The notes: generated by a model not told the origin, from the letters alone. Shown: positions 30,881 to 39,847, counted from the first letter of the stretch. The stretch is 64,000 nt of DNA from Candidatus Giovannonibacteria bacterium RIFOXYD1_FULL_48_21 (GCA_001778985.1 MFIU01000004.1:67067-131066); one strand, 5' to 3'. Translations and numbers: made by a program.

Positions 30881-31360
30881 TTAATCGGTTTCGGGTTTGC
30901 CGCTATGGAGCAATCTCCGTCCAGTTATTTTATCCATCTTCCAAAACGGGATAATGCTCCAAAAATATTTTCCTGAACCGCCTTCGACTTCTTTCATGAT
31001 AACTCTAACTCGATAGTCGTTGATTACGGCTACAAACTCGTAATATGTTACAGAACGCATTGCTGTCTCCCATCTGCTATTCGTTTTTATACGCTCAAGA
31101 TTATTTCTTCGTGATAGACCTTGAAGAGTGTGTGATTCCTGTAAAATGCGGGGAGCCAATGAAATTAAACGAAAACGGATGTACTGATCTCTATGTGACC
31201 GTGCATGCCTAGGGCCATGAAATTTTATGTGCTCAAGACCTTTAGCATTAAATGATATCCCTTCCTTGAAATACGGACAGCGAACTTTTCCGATGGTTTT
31301 ATAAAACGCTTCAGATTCGTTTTTTACTTTCTCAAATTTGATTGGATCAATATCGTTCAT
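30881..31360 (-). CDS. putative RelE/barnase (PBECR-like) nuclease
   Basis: FNAKGLEHI helix, RVRVIMKEV...YFWSIIP beta strands; family call from motif pattern only. Confidence 0.5.
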   Translation of the reverse strand: MNDIDPIKFEKVKNESEAFYKTIGKVRCPYFKEGISFNAKGLEHIKFHGPRHARSHRDQYIRFRLISLAPRILQESHTLQGLSRRNNLERIKTNSRWETAMRSVTYYEFVAVINDYRVRVIMKEVEGGSGKYFWSIIPFWKMDKITGRRLLHSGKPETD

Positions 31361-31477
31361 ATTTTGTATAATCCCTTTCCCCTATCGGGGAGTGTCGGTT
31401 AGAACTTGTCCAAATTTTATTTTATCGTTTCGATGTTTACCCGTCCGTAGTCTTGACGCAGGAGGGCTCCTCGGATA

Positions 31478-31867
31478 TTACGACTTTTTCAATCTCCTAT
31501 AAGTTCGAGTGAACCAATTTTTAGAAATAAAATCGAGAGTAAATTCCATTTCTTTAGTCGCTCGTGGCTGATCTGCCCACTGAGTCTTCAAATCGGTAAG
31601 AATTCTTTTCGTAACAGGGAAATAACTCGGAAAATTTCTGAGTTCAAAAATTACAGCTATTTGCCTGTCGAGTTTAATTTGCCTATCTGGATTACGTTGC
31701 TCATTAACTAATCCATCAATTAATTCATGATATGTTTTAAAGCGCTTGTCCTTTAAATATTCTCTAAATTTGAGAAAGGGCCAAATACCAGCAACTATTA
31801 ATGAAAAGATAGTTGCGGCTGCAGGATATTCTTTCAAGAAACCGAGAATACTGATTAGTATGTTCAT
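31478..31867 (-). CDS. hypothetical membrane-anchored protein
   Basis: AT-rich ORF, N-terminal TM. Confidence 0.65.
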   Translation of the reverse strand: MNILISILGFLKEYPAAATIFSLIVAGIWPFLKFREYLKDKRFKTYHELIDGLVNEQRNPDRQIKLDRQIAVIFELRNFPSYFPVTKRILTDLKTQWADQPRATKEMEFTLDFISKNWFTRTYRRLKKS

Positions 31868-31908
31868 AATTTAGTGATTATATATCTCCTTAGACTCCTA
31901 ACCCATCT

Positions 31909-31958
31909 CCCTCCTTCGCTAAAGCTACGGACGCTAAAGCTACGGACGGGCAGGCAGG
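31909..31958. repeat. REP-like element with internal 15-bp tandem duplication
   Basis: CCCTCCTT-(CGCTAAAGCTACGGA)x2-CGGGCAGGCAGG; inverted relative at 31440-31466. Confidence 0.7.
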
Positions 31959-31995
31959 TTGGCTACCGGCCAAGTATTTTAAATTCCGTCCGGAG

Positions 31996-32066
31996 CTGCG
32001 GGACTAGGATTCGAACCTAGATTCCCGGGTTCAGGGCCCGGTTGCCTACCATTAGCAGATCCCGCA
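31996..32066 (-). tRNA. tRNA-Gln(CTG)
   Basis: TGCGGGA acceptor, CCGGG-CC-CTG-AA-CCCGG, TTCGAAT. Confidence 0.93.
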
Positions 32067-32139
32067 ACTCCGGAAAGAATTTCGTTTAATAATTTTCTTC
32101 TAGACTACCCCACAATACTCGAGATACTATAATAAAATA

Positions 32140-32580
32140 GTGCGCTTGTCTAAAAAAGAGAAAAGAACGAAAGTCCTGGAATATCTGAAGCAAAACCGGC
32201 TCATGAGCCTGGGGACTTCCTCGGCCAACAAGCCCTGGGCGGCTACGGTGTTTTTTGCTTATGATAAAAATTTAAATCTCATTTTCTATTCGCGCGAAGA
32301 CACGCGCCACTGCCGCCACATAAAAAGAAACCCATATGTTTCAGCCGCGATAAATCAGGACTGGAAAGAAAAAGGAGGCATTAAAGGACTGCAAATTACC
32401 GGGCGCGCTTCCAAGATAACGAAAAAGCAATATAACCGTTATTATGCCATTTATAAATCGCGCTTCCGGTGGGCTGACGAATTCGCTTCCGACCACATCC
32501 TCTACCTCGTGAAGCCCCTCGAGGTTTGGTACATCAATCAGAAACTTTTCGGGCACTTTCGCCGGGTGAAAATGATTTAA
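32140..32580 (+). CDS. pyridoxamine 5'-phosphate oxidase-like FMN-binding protein
   Basis: MSLGT...PWAATVFF...TRH...NPYV...GLQITG. Confidence 0.85.
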   Translation: MRLSKKEKRTKVLEYLKQNRLMSLGTSSANKPWAATVFFAYDKNLNLIFYSREDTRHCRHIKRNPYVSAAINQDWKEKGGIKGLQITGRASKITKKQYNRYYAIYKSRFRWADEFASDHILYLVKPLEVWYINQKLFGHFRRVKMI

Positions 32581-32586
32581 ATATCC

Positions 32587-33183
32587 ATGATAGAAATTGA
32601 AAAAAATTTTGACCTCCACCCCGGCGATAAAGAGCGGCTGATAGAAGGCGCGAAGTTCTTGAACAAGAAAACTTTTACGGATGTCTATTATGATACCGAG
32701 GATTTTCGCCTCACCGCGAAAGATTACTGGCTACGGCAGAGGGATGGAAAATGGGAACTAAAAGTTCCGCTTAACGGGACAGCGGCAAACCGCGAAACCG
32801 ACCAGTACCGGGAACTGGAAGACCAAAAAGAAATCGCGCGCGAGCTAGAATTGCCCGGCAATGCCCCTTTTCAAAAAGAAATTCAAAACATTGGCGCGAG
32901 GCCTTTCGCGACCATAGTCACGAATCGCAAAAGATATCAAAAAGGAGATTTTCATCTTGACTTTGATGAAATGGATTTTGGATTTTCCACCTTCGAAGCA
33001 GAACTCATGATAGAAAACGAAAAAGATATCCCTGCCGCCGAACAAAAAATCATGGATTTCGCCCGTGAATACGGCATCGCCTCAACTCCCGGAGCCGGAA
33101 AAGTAATAGTCTTTATCGAGCGCAATAATCTGGCGCATTACAACGCACTTTTAAAATCAGGTGTAGTCAGAGAACATGCTTAG
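32587..33183 (+). CDS. CYTH-domain (triphosphate tunnel) protein
   Basis: IEIEK, DVYYDT, WLRQR, ELK. Confidence 0.88.
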   Translation: MIEIEKNFDLHPGDKERLIEGAKFLNKKTFTDVYYDTEDFRLTAKDYWLRQRDGKWELKVPLNGTAANRETDQYRELEDQKEIARELELPGNAPFQKEIQNIGARPFATIVTNRKRYQKGDFHLDFDEMDFGFSTFEAELMIENEKDIPAAEQKIMDFAREYGIASTPGAGKVIVFIERNNLAHYNALLKSGVVREHA

Positions 33184-33631
33184 ACCGATTCTGCCGCCGC
33201 CTTATATATTTTTGGGGCCGCTTTTAATCGGGGTTGGTTTAAATATTATTTTTCCGCTTCGGATATTTCCTGGAAATCTTTCCAATTTGCGTTTCCTTGT
33301 CGCGGCCATTTTGGCGTTAGGCGGGGTTTCATTACTTCTCTGGGCGATAAAAACTCTTTTTCGCTCCGGGGTTGACCCCCGTTTTAAACCCGTGGGCGGA
33401 ATTGTTTCCCAAGGGCCCTTTGGGATAACAAGAAATCCGATGTATGTAAGTTTCACCCTAATTTATTTAGGAGTCGCGGCGGGATTCAACGCGCTCTGGC
33501 CGATTCTATTTTTACCGATTATATTTCCGGTCCTCCATTACGGAGTAATTCTCCGGGAAGAAGCATATTTAGAAAAAACCTTAAGTGAAGAATATAAAAA
33601 ATATCGAACTAAAGTAAGGAGGTGGTTATAA
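33176..33631 (+). CDS. isoprenylcysteine carboxyl methyltransferase (PEMT/ICMT) family
   Basis: GPF..TRNPMY, EE..L...Y..Y...VRRW. Confidence 0.88.
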   Translation: MLRPILPPPYIFLGPLLIGVGLNIIFPLRIFPGNLSNLRFLVAAILALGGVSLLLWAIKTLFRSGVDPRFKPVGGIVSQGPFGITRNPMYVSFTLIYLGVAAGFNALWPILFLPIIFPVLHYGVILREEAYLEKTLSEEYKKYRTKVRRWL

Positions 33632-33658
33632 AATCAATCTGAAGCTATTATATAAGGT

Positions 33659-34138
33659 ATGAATCCCATCGATATGAATCCCATGATGAATATGCCCGAC
33701 GGTTTTGGGCAGGGTTCTCAGGGAACCAATCTTTTAAGCATCCTTATTAACGCGGCCTTTGGGTTCGTGGCCGGGCTTATGCTGTTTATCGGGCCGAAGG
33801 AAGTGATTGCCTACGGGTCTAAGCTCGCGGGAGAGCTCATCAAGCTTACTGGTTATGGACAACAAATGGCGGCGTTTGGATTTGCTACAACCGCGGCGCC
33901 ATATATAGTTCTCGCGCCAATTGTCGGCTTGGTGGTCCGCCAACTTGCTTCCGTTCGTTCGCTCAAGAGTTTCGCGTTTTTCGCGCTCGCGGCGGCGGTC
34001 GGATTTGGCGCCGCCTACTTTGGCCAGGATTATATTACAACCACTTTCTCTATCTTCCCCACGACGGCCTCAACATCAATATTGGCAGTATCAATAACCA
34101 AATCGAACTTCTCGTCCGTAAAGTCCGTAATGCCGTAA
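33659..34138 (+). CDS. hypothetical membrane protein
   Basis: Three hydrophobic segments; 3' end overlaps cmk antisense. Confidence 0.6.
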   Translation: MNPIDMNPMMNMPDGFGQGSQGTNLLSILINAAFGFVAGLMLFIGPKEVIAYGSKLAGELIKLTGYGQQMAAFGFATTAAPYIVLAPIVGLVVRQLASVRSLKSFAFFALAAAVGFGAAYFGQDYITTTFSIFPTTASTSILAVSITKSNFSSVKSVMP

Positions 34139-34548
34139 TATTTCCGGTAACGCTCGGCTATCATTTTTTCCCGAAATTCGGTGTGTTCTCGGGCTTCTTC
34201 GAAAGAAATTTTGTCGCGCGCGGCGACTCGTTTCACGCGCGTTTCAAAATCGCATTCTAACTTTATCTTTATTGAATCCGGTATGAAGTGCCAGGCCAAG
34301 CGCGACTCCACCACAAAATTATCATTTTTCTCTCCGAAGTTTTTTATTTCCCGGTCGAGCTTCTTATCGTACTGCGGGTCTTGATTTGTAAGTTTTTCAA
34401 AATCCTGCAAAGACATATCGTTTTCTTGGGCCATTTTCCTGAAAAGCATTCCGCTCGAAAGAAAAGTATAGCCGAGTTTCGCGGCCAGAATTTTCCCCAC
34501 CGAACTCGTCCCCGTCCCAGCTAGCCCGAAAATCGTAATCTTAGCCAT
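34030..34548 (-). CDS. cmk: cytidylate kinase, archaeal-like family
   Basis: GLAGTGTSS P-loop, SSGMLFR, VESRLAW. Confidence 0.85.
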   Translation of the reverse strand: MAKITIFGLAGTGTSSVGKILAAKLGYTFLSSGMLFRKMAQENDMSLQDFEKLTNQDPQYDKKLDREIKNFGEKNDNFVVESRLAWHFIPDSIKIKLECDFETRVKRVAARDKISFEEAREHTEFREKMIAERYRKYYGITDFTDEKFDLVIDTANIDVEAVVGKIEKVVVI

Positions 34549-34614
34549 TGGTTTTATTTTAAATGAACCTCACTTTCAATTGAACCCCCTCGGGTTTTGC
34601 GTTAAAATTTCGCC

Positions 34615-35184
34615 ATGAAACGGGTCTTTATAGTTCACTGCTGGGAAGGATATCCGGAATATTGCTGGTATCCTTACGTAAAAAGAGAGCTTGAAACCAG
34701 AGGATTCGAGGTGAAAGTTCCGGCTTTTCCTGACACCGACAACCCCCGGCAAAACAAATGGGTTCCCTGCTTGGCGGAGCAAATCGGCACGCCGGATGAA
34801 AACGTTTTTCTCGTCGGTCACAGCATCGGCGTTGCCACCATCTTGCGCTATCTTGAAACCATGCCGGAGGATAAAAAAATCGGCGGAGCGGTCCTCGTCG
34901 CGGGATTTACCGAAGACATCGGGTATGAAGAGGTTAAAAATTTTTTTGAAACACCATTCGATTTTGCGAAAATCAAAGCCAGCGCGCGAAAAGGATTTGC
35001 CGCGATTCATTCCGATAACGACCCTTACGTTGATTTAAAATTTTCCAAAATTTTCAAAGAGAAACTCGGAGCCGAGGTTATCGTAAAACACGCCTTGGGG
35101 CATTTCTCCGGCTCTATCGAAGGCGAACCCGCCTGCACCGAACTCCCTGTGGTCTTAGAAAAAATTCTGGAGATGGCAAAATAA
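34615..35184 (+). CDS. RBBP9/YdeN alpha/beta hydrolase
   Basis: GHSIG, SDNDPYV, GHF. Confidence 0.9.
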   Translation: MKRVFIVHCWEGYPEYCWYPYVKRELETRGFEVKVPAFPDTDNPRQNKWVPCLAEQIGTPDENVFLVGHSIGVATILRYLETMPEDKKIGGAVLVAGFTEDIGYEEVKNFFETPFDFAKIKASARKGFAAIHSDNDPYVDLKFSKIFKEKLGAEVIVKHALGHFSGSIEGEPACTELPVVLEKILEMAK

Positions 35185-35185
35185 A

Positions 35186-35689
35186 TTGGACATTCTCTCA
35201 CACGGGCTTTGGGGCTCTTTGGCTTTCGGAAGAAAAAACCGAAGAAATTTCTGGCTTGCGTTTCTTTTCGGCATTGCGCCTGATTTTTTTTCTTTCGGCG
35301 CTTTTTTTATTTCAGTCTGGCTGGGAATTCAAGAACTTCCACCCTTTTCCCCTGAACCGCCTGACCCGGCCTTAATCCCGGCCTATGTTTCAAATCTTTA
35401 TAATTTCTCGCATAGCATCATTATCTTCGCGATAGCTTTTCTGGCGGTTTGGCTCATCTGGAAGCGCCCCTTCTGGGAAATGTCCGCCTGGGGGCTTCAT
35501 ATCCTTTTTGACATTCCCACTCATTCTTATAAATTCTTTCCCACTCCGTTTTTATGGCCGATTTCGGATTTCAAATTCAATGGCTGGCATTGGGGTTCTC
35601 CCTGGATTTTCTTTCCGAATATTGCTCTGCTTTTTTTACTCTATCTCTGGTTTTTTGTAATTCGAAAATTGCTTAAAAAAGATATCTAA
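35186..35689 (+). CDS. membrane-bound metal-dependent hydrolase
   Basis: SHGLW, PD, SHS, HILFDIPTH, FLWP. Confidence 0.75.
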   Translation: MDILSHGLWGSLAFGRKNRRNFWLAFLFGIAPDFFSFGAFFISVWLGIQELPPFSPEPPDPALIPAYVSNLYNFSHSIIIFAIAFLAVWLIWKRPFWEMSAWGLHILFDIPTHSYKFFPTPFLWPISDFKFNGWHWGSPWIFFPNIALLFLLYLWFFVIRKLLKKDI

Positions 35690-35759
35690 TTCACAGCTGA
35701 TTTTATTTTTTCATTGTAGAATGTAAATAGCGGTCTTTAATGGTTAATTGAAATATAAA

Positions 35760-35879
35760 ATGAAAAAACTGAAAAAACGCGCGAAGACCTCGGGAGGGGG
35801 CTTCACGATTTCGCGTGAAATCTGGGTGCTCGGCATAGGATTTTTGGCGCTCGCGGCCATCGTTTCGGCTGGCCTATAA
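35760..35879 (+). CDS. 39-aa single-TM peptide, prepilin-like N-terminus
   Basis: MKKLKKRAKTSGGGFTISREIWVLGIGFLALAAIVSAGL; followed by hairpin 35905-35936. Confidence 0.45.
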   Translation: MKKLKKRAKTSGGGFTISREIWVLGIGFLALAAIVSAGL

Positions 35880-35904
35880 AGACAAAAACTCATATTTAAA
35901 AAGC

Positions 35905-35936
35905 TAAGCCTTGCTGAAATTTTTCAGCAAGGCTTA
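35905..35936. terminator. hairpin between convergent genes
   Basis: TAAGCCTTGCTGAA-attt-TTCAGCAAGGCTTA. Confidence 0.65.
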
Positions 35937-36461
35937 TAACTTTTTGCGAAAACTCCGCTTCAGCCCGGCTTTAAGCCGAAACCAAGAAGAGACGAATAAA
36001 TTTCGCAAGAACCAGACCGGAAGAGCGGCAGTTGAAATCCAGCCGTGATTGGACTCAAAACTGCATTTAAACTTTCGGAACTCCGCCTCCGGGCCGATGT
36101 GCTGTTTAAAAATCGGTCTGACCGCCAGGGCGTGAACCGACTCTGTAAACACGAAGAGACTCCGGATGCTGCCAAATCTCGTCTTCAGCTCGCGGGCGAG
36201 GCGCCGCGCTAACTCTTCTTCGTTCTTAAAAAAACCGAGTTCAATCAGTTGGACCGCGCCGCAGTGAGCAATAAGTTCCTTTTTAAGCTCCAGCTCTTCC
36301 TGAAAGTCAGAGTCAAAACTGGCCAAGACCAAATAGATCCGAGGCCTGACGCCGCTGAAAGACTTTTTCCAGAAATTCAGAGCCCGCTCCAGAGCTTTAA
36401 CCGAGGCCGCGGACAGTTTTCCGTTCGCCAAGCCGTACGGAATCGGCAACAGGACATACAT
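35934..36461 (-). CDS. hypothetical protein (possibly YdcF/DUF218-like)
   Basis: SD GGAGG; ERAL..W, VFTESVHA pattern. Confidence 0.55.
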   Translation of the reverse strand: MYVLLPIPYGLANGKLSAASVKALERALNFWKKSFSGVRPRIYLVLASFDSDFQEELELKKELIAHCGAVQLIELGFFKNEEELARRLARELKTRFGSIRSLFVFTESVHALAVRPIFKQHIGPEAEFRKFKCSFESNHGWISTAALPVWFLRNLFVSSWFRLKAGLKRSFRKKL

Positions 36462-36512
36462 TTTCCACCTCCTTTCCTCCCGAATATTACCAGAGCCAGG
36501 TTTTTATTCCAG

Positions 36513-37424
36513 CTATTTGTTCAAATACCTCCTCGTGGCAATAAGACTCGAAATGACGCCAAGAACAACGCCGATGAACAAAAGCATCAGAAAAATCCAG
36601 AGAAAGTTTGAAAAATAGTAGTCCAGAAGATTCGGTCCGCCGAAGAAACGCTCGGCTTTTGGTCCCAGCCAGGCCACGAGCGGCCAAAAAATAATCATGG
36701 CGGCGAGGGAGGCCAAAAACCCGTGAAGCACTCCTTCCACTAAAAAGGGTCCGCGGATATAGGAATTGGCCGCGCCCACGAGGCGCATGATTGAAATTTC
36801 GTCCCGCGAGGTGTAGATGGCGAGGCGGACGGTGTTGAAAGCGACCAGAATCGCGATTACCGCCAAGACTATGGTCACGCCGAGCCCCATGGCGCGCGAA
36901 GAATTCAAAATTTGACTTAACCTCTCGATAACAAGCTGGTTTTGGCGGTAATTTATTTTGTCGATTATATTTTCAAAGCTCGCTGATTCAAGAAAGCGCG
37001 AAATCGCTTCATACTGATTGGGATTCTGGGCCCTTATATTCAAAGAGGCGCCCAATGGATTTTCACCAAGCTCTTCCAAAGACTGGGTGATTAACGAGTT
37101 TTCGCGGTGCCGCTCCTCGAACTCCAAAAGCGCTTGTTCCCTCGAAATATATTCCGCCTCGCGCACTTCCGCCAATTTTTCCACTGAAGATTTTAACGCG
37201 AGAATTTCGTCTTCTATGGCTGAAGTTTTGAAATAAACGCTGATGTCCACCTTCTCCTCGAGTTGTTCCAGGGCCGAGGTCAAAAGAACATTTGAAAAAA
37301 AGAGCCCTCCGAAAACGAAAAGCGTCAAAACCATGACCAAAACCGTGGCCAAAGAAACCCAGCCGTTTCGCCAGAAGTTTACAAAGCCTTGCCTGACAGT
37401 TCTTTTTAGCTGAATTATTTCCAT
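36513..37424 (-). CDS. ftsX: cell division permease FtsX
   Basis: NTVRLAIY.SRDEI.IMRLVGA...YIRGPF. Confidence 0.95.
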   Translation of the reverse strand: MEIIQLKRTVRQGFVNFWRNGWVSLATVLVMVLTLFVFGGLFFSNVLLTSALEQLEEKVDISVYFKTSAIEDEILALKSSVEKLAEVREAEYISREQALLEFEERHRENSLITQSLEELGENPLGASLNIRAQNPNQYEAISRFLESASFENIIDKINYRQNQLVIERLSQILNSSRAMGLGVTIVLAVIAILVAFNTVRLAIYTSRDEISIMRLVGAANSYIRGPFLVEGVLHGFLASLAAMIIFWPLVAWLGPKAERFFGGPNLLDYYFSNFLWIFLMLLFIGVVLGVISSLIATRRYLNK

Positions 37425-37426
37425 GC

Positions 37427-38107
37427 CTAAAGCACGTATCTGCCGCGTTTTTCATCTCGCACCACCCGGCCTTTCTCCAAAGTGACAACGCGGCGCTTCA
37501 AAGAATTAATCACTTCTTTGTCATGGGTCGCCAAAATCACGGTCGTCCCCAGTTCATTTATTTTCTCAAGTAAATTGATGATTTCCCAGGTATTGATGGG
37601 GTCGAGGTTTCCGGTCGGCTCATCCGCGATTACCACATCCGGCCGGTTCACGATGGCCCTCGCGATGGCCACGCGCTGGAGCTCCCCTCCGGAGAGCTCG
37701 GAAGGAAAATGCCAGGCTTTGTCCATCAAGCCCACGAGCTCCAAAACCTGCGGCACGTCCTGCTGGATTTCTTCTTCGGTCTTACCGGCGGCTTCCATGG
37801 CGAAAGCGATGTTCTCATAGGCGGTTTTAGTCGGCAGAAGCTTATAGTCCTGAAAGACTACGCCCATGCGCCGGCGCACCCTGGGAAGCTCCCCATTCGA
37901 AATCTTGTGTACGTCCAAAGATTCAAAAAAAACTTTTCCGGAAGAGGGTTTTTCTTCCGCCAAGAGAAGCTTCAAGAGCGTGGATTTGCCGGCTCCGGAT
38001 TGCCCCACAATCGAAACGAATTCCTGCGGCTCCACCGCGAAAGAAACGTCTTCGAGCGCCGCCGAAGTCGGAGAATACACCTTGGAAACGTGGTCAAAAT
38101 AAATCAT
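37427..38107 (-). CDS. ftsE: cell division ATP-binding protein FtsE
   Basis: GQSGAGKST, VVFQDYKLL, DEPTGNLDP. Confidence 0.96.
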   Translation of the reverse strand: MIYFDHVSKVYSPTSAALEDVSFAVEPQEFVSIVGQSGAGKSTLLKLLLAEEKPSSGKVFFESLDVHKISNGELPRVRRRMGVVFQDYKLLPTKTAYENIAFAMEAAGKTEEEIQQDVPQVLELVGLMDKAWHFPSELSGGELQRVAIARAIVNRPDVVIADEPTGNLDPINTWEIINLLEKINELGTTVILATHDKEVINSLKRRVVTLEKGRVVRDEKRGRYVL

Positions 38108-38115
38108 ACAATCAT

Positions 38116-39184
38116 CTACAATCCTAACTCGACTTCAATAAACTCATCAAGGGCTCCGTTCAGAACTTTTTGGACGTCAGAAATTTCAAGGCCGGTGCGG
38201 TGGTCTTTTACCAATTGGTAAGGATGCAAAACGTAGGAGCGAATCTGGTGGCCCCATTCAATTTCCCCCGCCTTAGTCTTCTTCAAAGTTTCTTTTTCTT
38301 TTTTCTGGCTCGTGACGCGCAGAGCATAGAGCTTAGAACGAAGCAGTTCTTTGGCTTTCTCGCGGTTTCGTTCCTGGGAGCGCTCTTCGGAAACATGGAC
38401 CTGAAGGCCGGTGGGCTTGTGGGTAAGGCGCACCGCGGTCTCCCGCTTGTTCACGTTCTGCCCGCCCGGGCCGCTGGAGCGGGCAAAACCAAATTCCAAA
38501 TCTTCCTCGCGAAGTTCCACTTCGGAGGGCGGAACAAACTTGGGCATCACTTCCACCAGCGCGAAAGAGGTGTGCCGGCGCTTATTGGCGTCAAACGGAG
38601 AGATGCGGACCAGACGGTGCACTCCGGATTCTTTTTCAAGATAGCCGTAAGCGTATCGGCCGCCAATCTCGGCCGTGGCGTTTTTAACTCCGTTTAGTTC
38701 GTTGAAGTGCCGATGCAGAGTTCTAAAACTCCATTTCTGCCGCGAGGCGTATTTTTCATACATTTCAAGCAAAATCCGCGCCCAGTCCTCGGCGTCGTCT
38801 CCGCCCGCGCCGGCCACGATTGTCAAAACCGCGTCACCTTTGTCGTAGGGGCCGGAGAGAAAAGCCTCGCGCTTTTTATTTTCAAAAACTCTTGAAATTT
38901 CGAGATATTTTTTTTCAAGCTCCCCCGCCTCCGCAATCGCCGCGAGCTCTTTCAAACTTCCAGCCTCCGACCTCAAATTTTCCCAGAATGAAGTAAATTC
39001 CCTTAGTTCAGAAATTTTTTGGGTGAGCTCTGCGGCGCGTTTTGGATTATTCCAGAAATTAGGATGTCGAGTTTCCTCTTCGAGTTTTAAGGCTTCTTCT
39101 TTTTTTCTGCTCAAGTCAAAGCCGGTCCGAAATCTTTCGGACCTCGGCCTCCAAAGTTTCAATTTTTTCTTTCAGAAGTTCCAT
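38116..39184 (-). CDS. prfB: peptide chain release factor 2 with programmed +1 frameshift
   Basis: SPF and GGQ motifs; ATG 39184 frame reaches CTT-TGA-C at 39121-39115 and continues in the +1 frame. Confidence 0.95.
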
Positions 39185-39219
39185 AAAAATATTTTAGCAT
39201 AAAAATGTCTGATAAACAA

Positions 39220-39407
39220 TGGAGCCGATGGTCGGACTTGAACCGACAACCTATCGCTTATTCAGCCCGTTAGAAATCTACAGAGCCGGAGGCGAGATTC
39301 GAACTCGCGACCTTTGCTTTACGAAAGCACTGCTCTACCAACTGAGCTACTCCGGCATACATTTCTAACGGGCCGGGACGATTGCTCTGCCATTGAGCTA
39401 CATCGGC
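39220..39407 (-). tRNA. interrupted tRNA-Thr (reconstructs to CGT) with 113-nt insert in the anticodon loop
   Basis: 5' half GCCGATG...ATCGTCCCG (39407-39374), 3' half TAAGCGAT...CATCGGCTCCA (39260-39220). Confidence 0.85.
39284..39356 (-). tRNA. tRNA-Thr(CGT), nested inside the insert
   Basis: GCCGGAG acceptor, loop TT-CGT-AA, TTCGAAT, U discriminator. Confidence 0.93.
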
Positions 39408-39413
39408 GATTAT

Positions 39414-39563
39414 TTAAATATAAGTATCTTCGCGCCGACGTTCGATTTTCAAGATAAATAAATTTCTTTTTTGATCACCAGCAGAAAGTTTCTTCAGTAT
39501 AATTTTTACCCTCTCGCGTTCTTTGGAAATCAGCTTCGAAAGCGCCTTTTCAATTCTGTCCAT
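39414..39563 (-). pseudogene. RelE/ParE-like toxin remnant (internal deletion)
   Basis: 49 aa MDRIEKALSKL...FILKIERRREDTYI retains both RelE ends but lacks the central core; directly downstream of antitoxin. Confidence 0.6.
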
Positions 39564-39569
39564 GAAGCC

Positions 39570-39791
39570 TCAAATTCTAGCAAGGACTTCTCGCAGAGGA
39601 ATGCCTCCTTTTTTGATTTTCGTGAAATCTAACACGGTTTCCCAAAGCTCTGACTCCTCTTCCGGCGAGGAGATTTTAAATACCGGCCTCGAACGCCTTA
39701 CCACAATGAAAGAATCCCCTCTTTTCACGCGCTCAATGTAGCGTTCGGCATTTCCTCGAAGTTCTTTAAGCCCAATGACACTTTTAGCCAT
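39570..39791 (-). CDS. Phd/YefM family antitoxin
   Basis: IGLKELR.N...YIERV..G.SFIVVRRSRPV. Confidence 0.85.
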   Translation of the reverse strand: MAKSVIGLKELRGNAERYIERVKRGDSFIVVRRSRPVFKISSPEEESELWETVLDFTKIKKGGIPLREVLARI

Positions 39792-39847
39792 AAAATAAGT
39801 TTATCTCAAGATAAACCTGGAGTCAATATTTAAAGTGGCGGAGGATC

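Noticed and set aside
34030-34138. 109-bp antisense overlap between cmk and the membrane-protein ORF
   Set aside because: Most simply a stop-codon extension; no sign of function
39261-39373. Group I intron in tRNA
   Set aside because: Only 113 nt, mostly occupied by a tRNA; no catalytic core
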